Shown one piece after another: positions 33,764-34,805 of a stretch of 34,805 bases of DNA. The stretch lies in the NCBI GenBank assembly GCA_035462695.1, contig DATHUB010000226.1:1-34805 (forward strand). The letters are read 5' to 3'. This DNA comes from Coriobacteriia bacterium. GTDB lineage: Bacteria; Actinomycetota; Coriobacteriia; Anaerosomatales; PHET01. The notes under the pieces are model-generated. The model did no database searches. It worked only from the letters and a program-made list of their open reading frames with translations, and had not been told where the DNA came from. Each line of letters starts with the position of its first letter. Within the stretch, counting starts at the first letter, position 1. The position numbers and the translations under genes are program-made.

Positions 33764-34805
33764 CTCGCACCCATCTGTGGTCCCGCATCGAGCCGTTGCT
33801 CGCGCACGTCGAGAGACCGGCTCGCTACATCAATCGCGAGTGGGGCGCCGTCCACGATGACGCTGACTACCGTGCGGTCCTCATCTATCCCGACGCGTAC
33901 GAAGTAGGGCAGGCCAATCAGGCAATCGGTATCCTCTACGAGCGGATCAACAGCATCGAAGGGTGCTCGGCAGAGCGTACCTACGTCCCCTGGGTGGACC
34001 TCTCGGACTTGTTGCGCGAGCACGCCGTGCCCTTGTTCTCACTGGAGTCGTGTTCGCCGGTCGCCGAGTTCGACCTGATCGGTATTACGCTGCCGTACGA
34101 GCTAACCTACTCGAATATTCTCGAGGCCCTCGATCTGGCTGGCGTGCCGTTGCGCTCCAGCGAGAGGGGCGAGGGCCATCCCCTCGTCGTCGGCGGGGGC
34201 CCCTGTGTCTTCAACCCCGAGCCGGTCGCACCCTTCTTCGACGCGATACTGATCGGGGAGGGGGAGGATGCGATCGTCAAGATCGCGCAGGTGCATCGTT
34301 CCTCGCTCCGCGAGGGCGAGTCGCGAGCGGAAACCCTGTCGCGGCTCGCCGCTATCCCGGGCGTGTACGTGCCGTCCTTGTATGAACCGGACGGTGCGGA
34401 GGGACGGTGCGTTGTCCCCATCGGGGACGCTCCCGCGGTCGTCGAGAAGCGGATACTCGCGACGCTTTCCTCGCACGAGACGCCCACGTGCCCGGTCGTA
34501 CCGTTCATGGACGTAGTCCACGATCGCATGACAGTCGAAGTGCTGCGCGGTTGTACGCGCGGCTGCCGCTTCGGTCAGGCGGGAATGGTCTATCGACCAG
34601 TGCGAGAGAGGACGCCCGACGAGATTGTGAAGGCAACACTCGCGGGGCTGAGCTGCACGGGCTACGACGAGGTCTCGCTCACGTCGCTTTCGACCGCGGA
34701 TCACTCGGCACTGGAAGAGATCCTGCGGCGTTTGACGAGGCGGCTGGCCGGTACCGGCGTGTCAGTGTCGCTGCCGTCGCTGCGCGTGGACGCATTCTCG
34801 GTGGA
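33760..34805 (+). CDS. Radical SAM protein with an N-terminal B12-binding-like domain (the family usually found with a DUF2344 partner near rodA and RNase G). 5' part only; it runs off the right edge.
   Basis: Absent from the ORF track because there is no stop in the window. My translation from GTG 33760, which overlaps the upstream TGA (GTGA): VTRTHLWSRIEPLLAHVERPARYINREWGAVHDD...VLIYPDAYEVGQANQAIGILYERIN...LVVGGGPCVFNPEPVAPFFDAILIGEGED...VEVLRGCTRGCRFGQAGMVYRPVRER...SLTSLSTADHS...VSLPSLRVDAFSV. Confidence 0.85.
   Translation, partial: MTRTHLWSRIEPLLAHVERPARYINREWGAVHDDADYRAVLIYPDAYEVGQANQAIGILYERINSIEGCSAERTYVPWVDLSDLLREHAVPLFSLESCSPVAEFDLIGITLPYELTYSNILEALDLAGVPLRSSERGEGHPLVVGGGPCVFNPEPVAPFFDAILIGEGEDAIVKIAQVHRSSLREGESRAETLSRLAAIPGVYVPSLYEPDGAEGRCVVPIGDAPAVVEKRILATLSSHETPTCPVVPFMDVVHDRMTVEVLRGCTRGCRFGQAGMVYRPVRERTPDEIVKATLAGLSCTGYDEVSLTSLSTADHSALEEILRRLTRRLAGTGVSVSLPSLRVDAFSV

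Noticed and set aside
1-34805. A scan for CRISPR arrays, IS or transposon ends, phage or defence-system genes, toxin-antitoxin pairs and rRNA.
   Set aside because: No regularly spaced direct repeats, no transposase/integrase/recombinase-like ORFs, no nuclease/helicase/methylase defence-type gene pairs and no rRNA-like sequence were seen. The window looks like core chromosome rather than an accessory island.

Overview
This is a GC-rich, gene-dense chromosomal segment with about 35 CDS, one tRNA, and no rRNA, CRISPR array, IS element or integrase. All calls rest on reading the supplied translations and the DNA by eye; no database search was possible. Gene content points to an anaerobic, H2-metabolising, rod-shaped bacterium, possibly a high-GC Gram-positive or Actinomycetota-like lineage, but that taxonomic guess is inference only.

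Genes from left to right:
- Start of a group 1 membrane-bound [NiFe] uptake hydrogenase operon on the minus strand: a Tat-exported small subunit and a truncated large subunit.
- A DUF2249 protein and a HAD hydrolase.
- A 1037-aa FAD-oxidase/2x[4Fe-4S]/2xCCG fusion oxidoreductase with a very Met-rich C-terminal tail.
- A Crp/Fnr regulator, a cytochrome b5-like protein and a RumA/RlmD-type rRNA methyltransferase.
- An orphan receiver-domain/Ala-Pro linker/PilT ATPase fusion.
- A four-gene translationally coupled operon: OsmC, GT2 glycosyltransferase, LmbE/BshB-like deacetylase and a BshC-like 525-aa protein.
- A small ferredoxin, plsY with a DagK-family lipid kinase, tRNA-Arg(CCG) and a stand-alone EF-G paralog.
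- A cyclophilin lipoprotein with a TPR membrane protein, then ndk.
- A complete four-subunit group 3b (sulfhydrogenase-type) [NiFe] hydrogenase.
- radC-mreBCD-mrdA-rodA, then a DUF697-like protein and the 5' part of a B12-binding-domain radical SAM gene.

The most promising candidate for something undescribed is the OsmC/GT2/BshB-like/BshC-like operon at 11719-15171. It has the logic of a low-molecular-weight thiol pathway but uses a GT2 enzyme instead of the GT4 found in the mycothiol and bacillithiol pathways.

Other points worth a second look:
- The REC-PilT fusion, which has a perfect CRP-type palindrome upstream.
- The Met-rich tail of the oxidoreductase and a G4/C4 heptamer palindrome array in front of that gene.
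- A group 3b large subunit that ends exactly at the terminal His, with no protease-cleaved extension.
- A radical SAM gene whose CX3CX2C motif reads CX3CX2G.

Most long ORFs lying antisense to these genes are GC-rich shadow frames.
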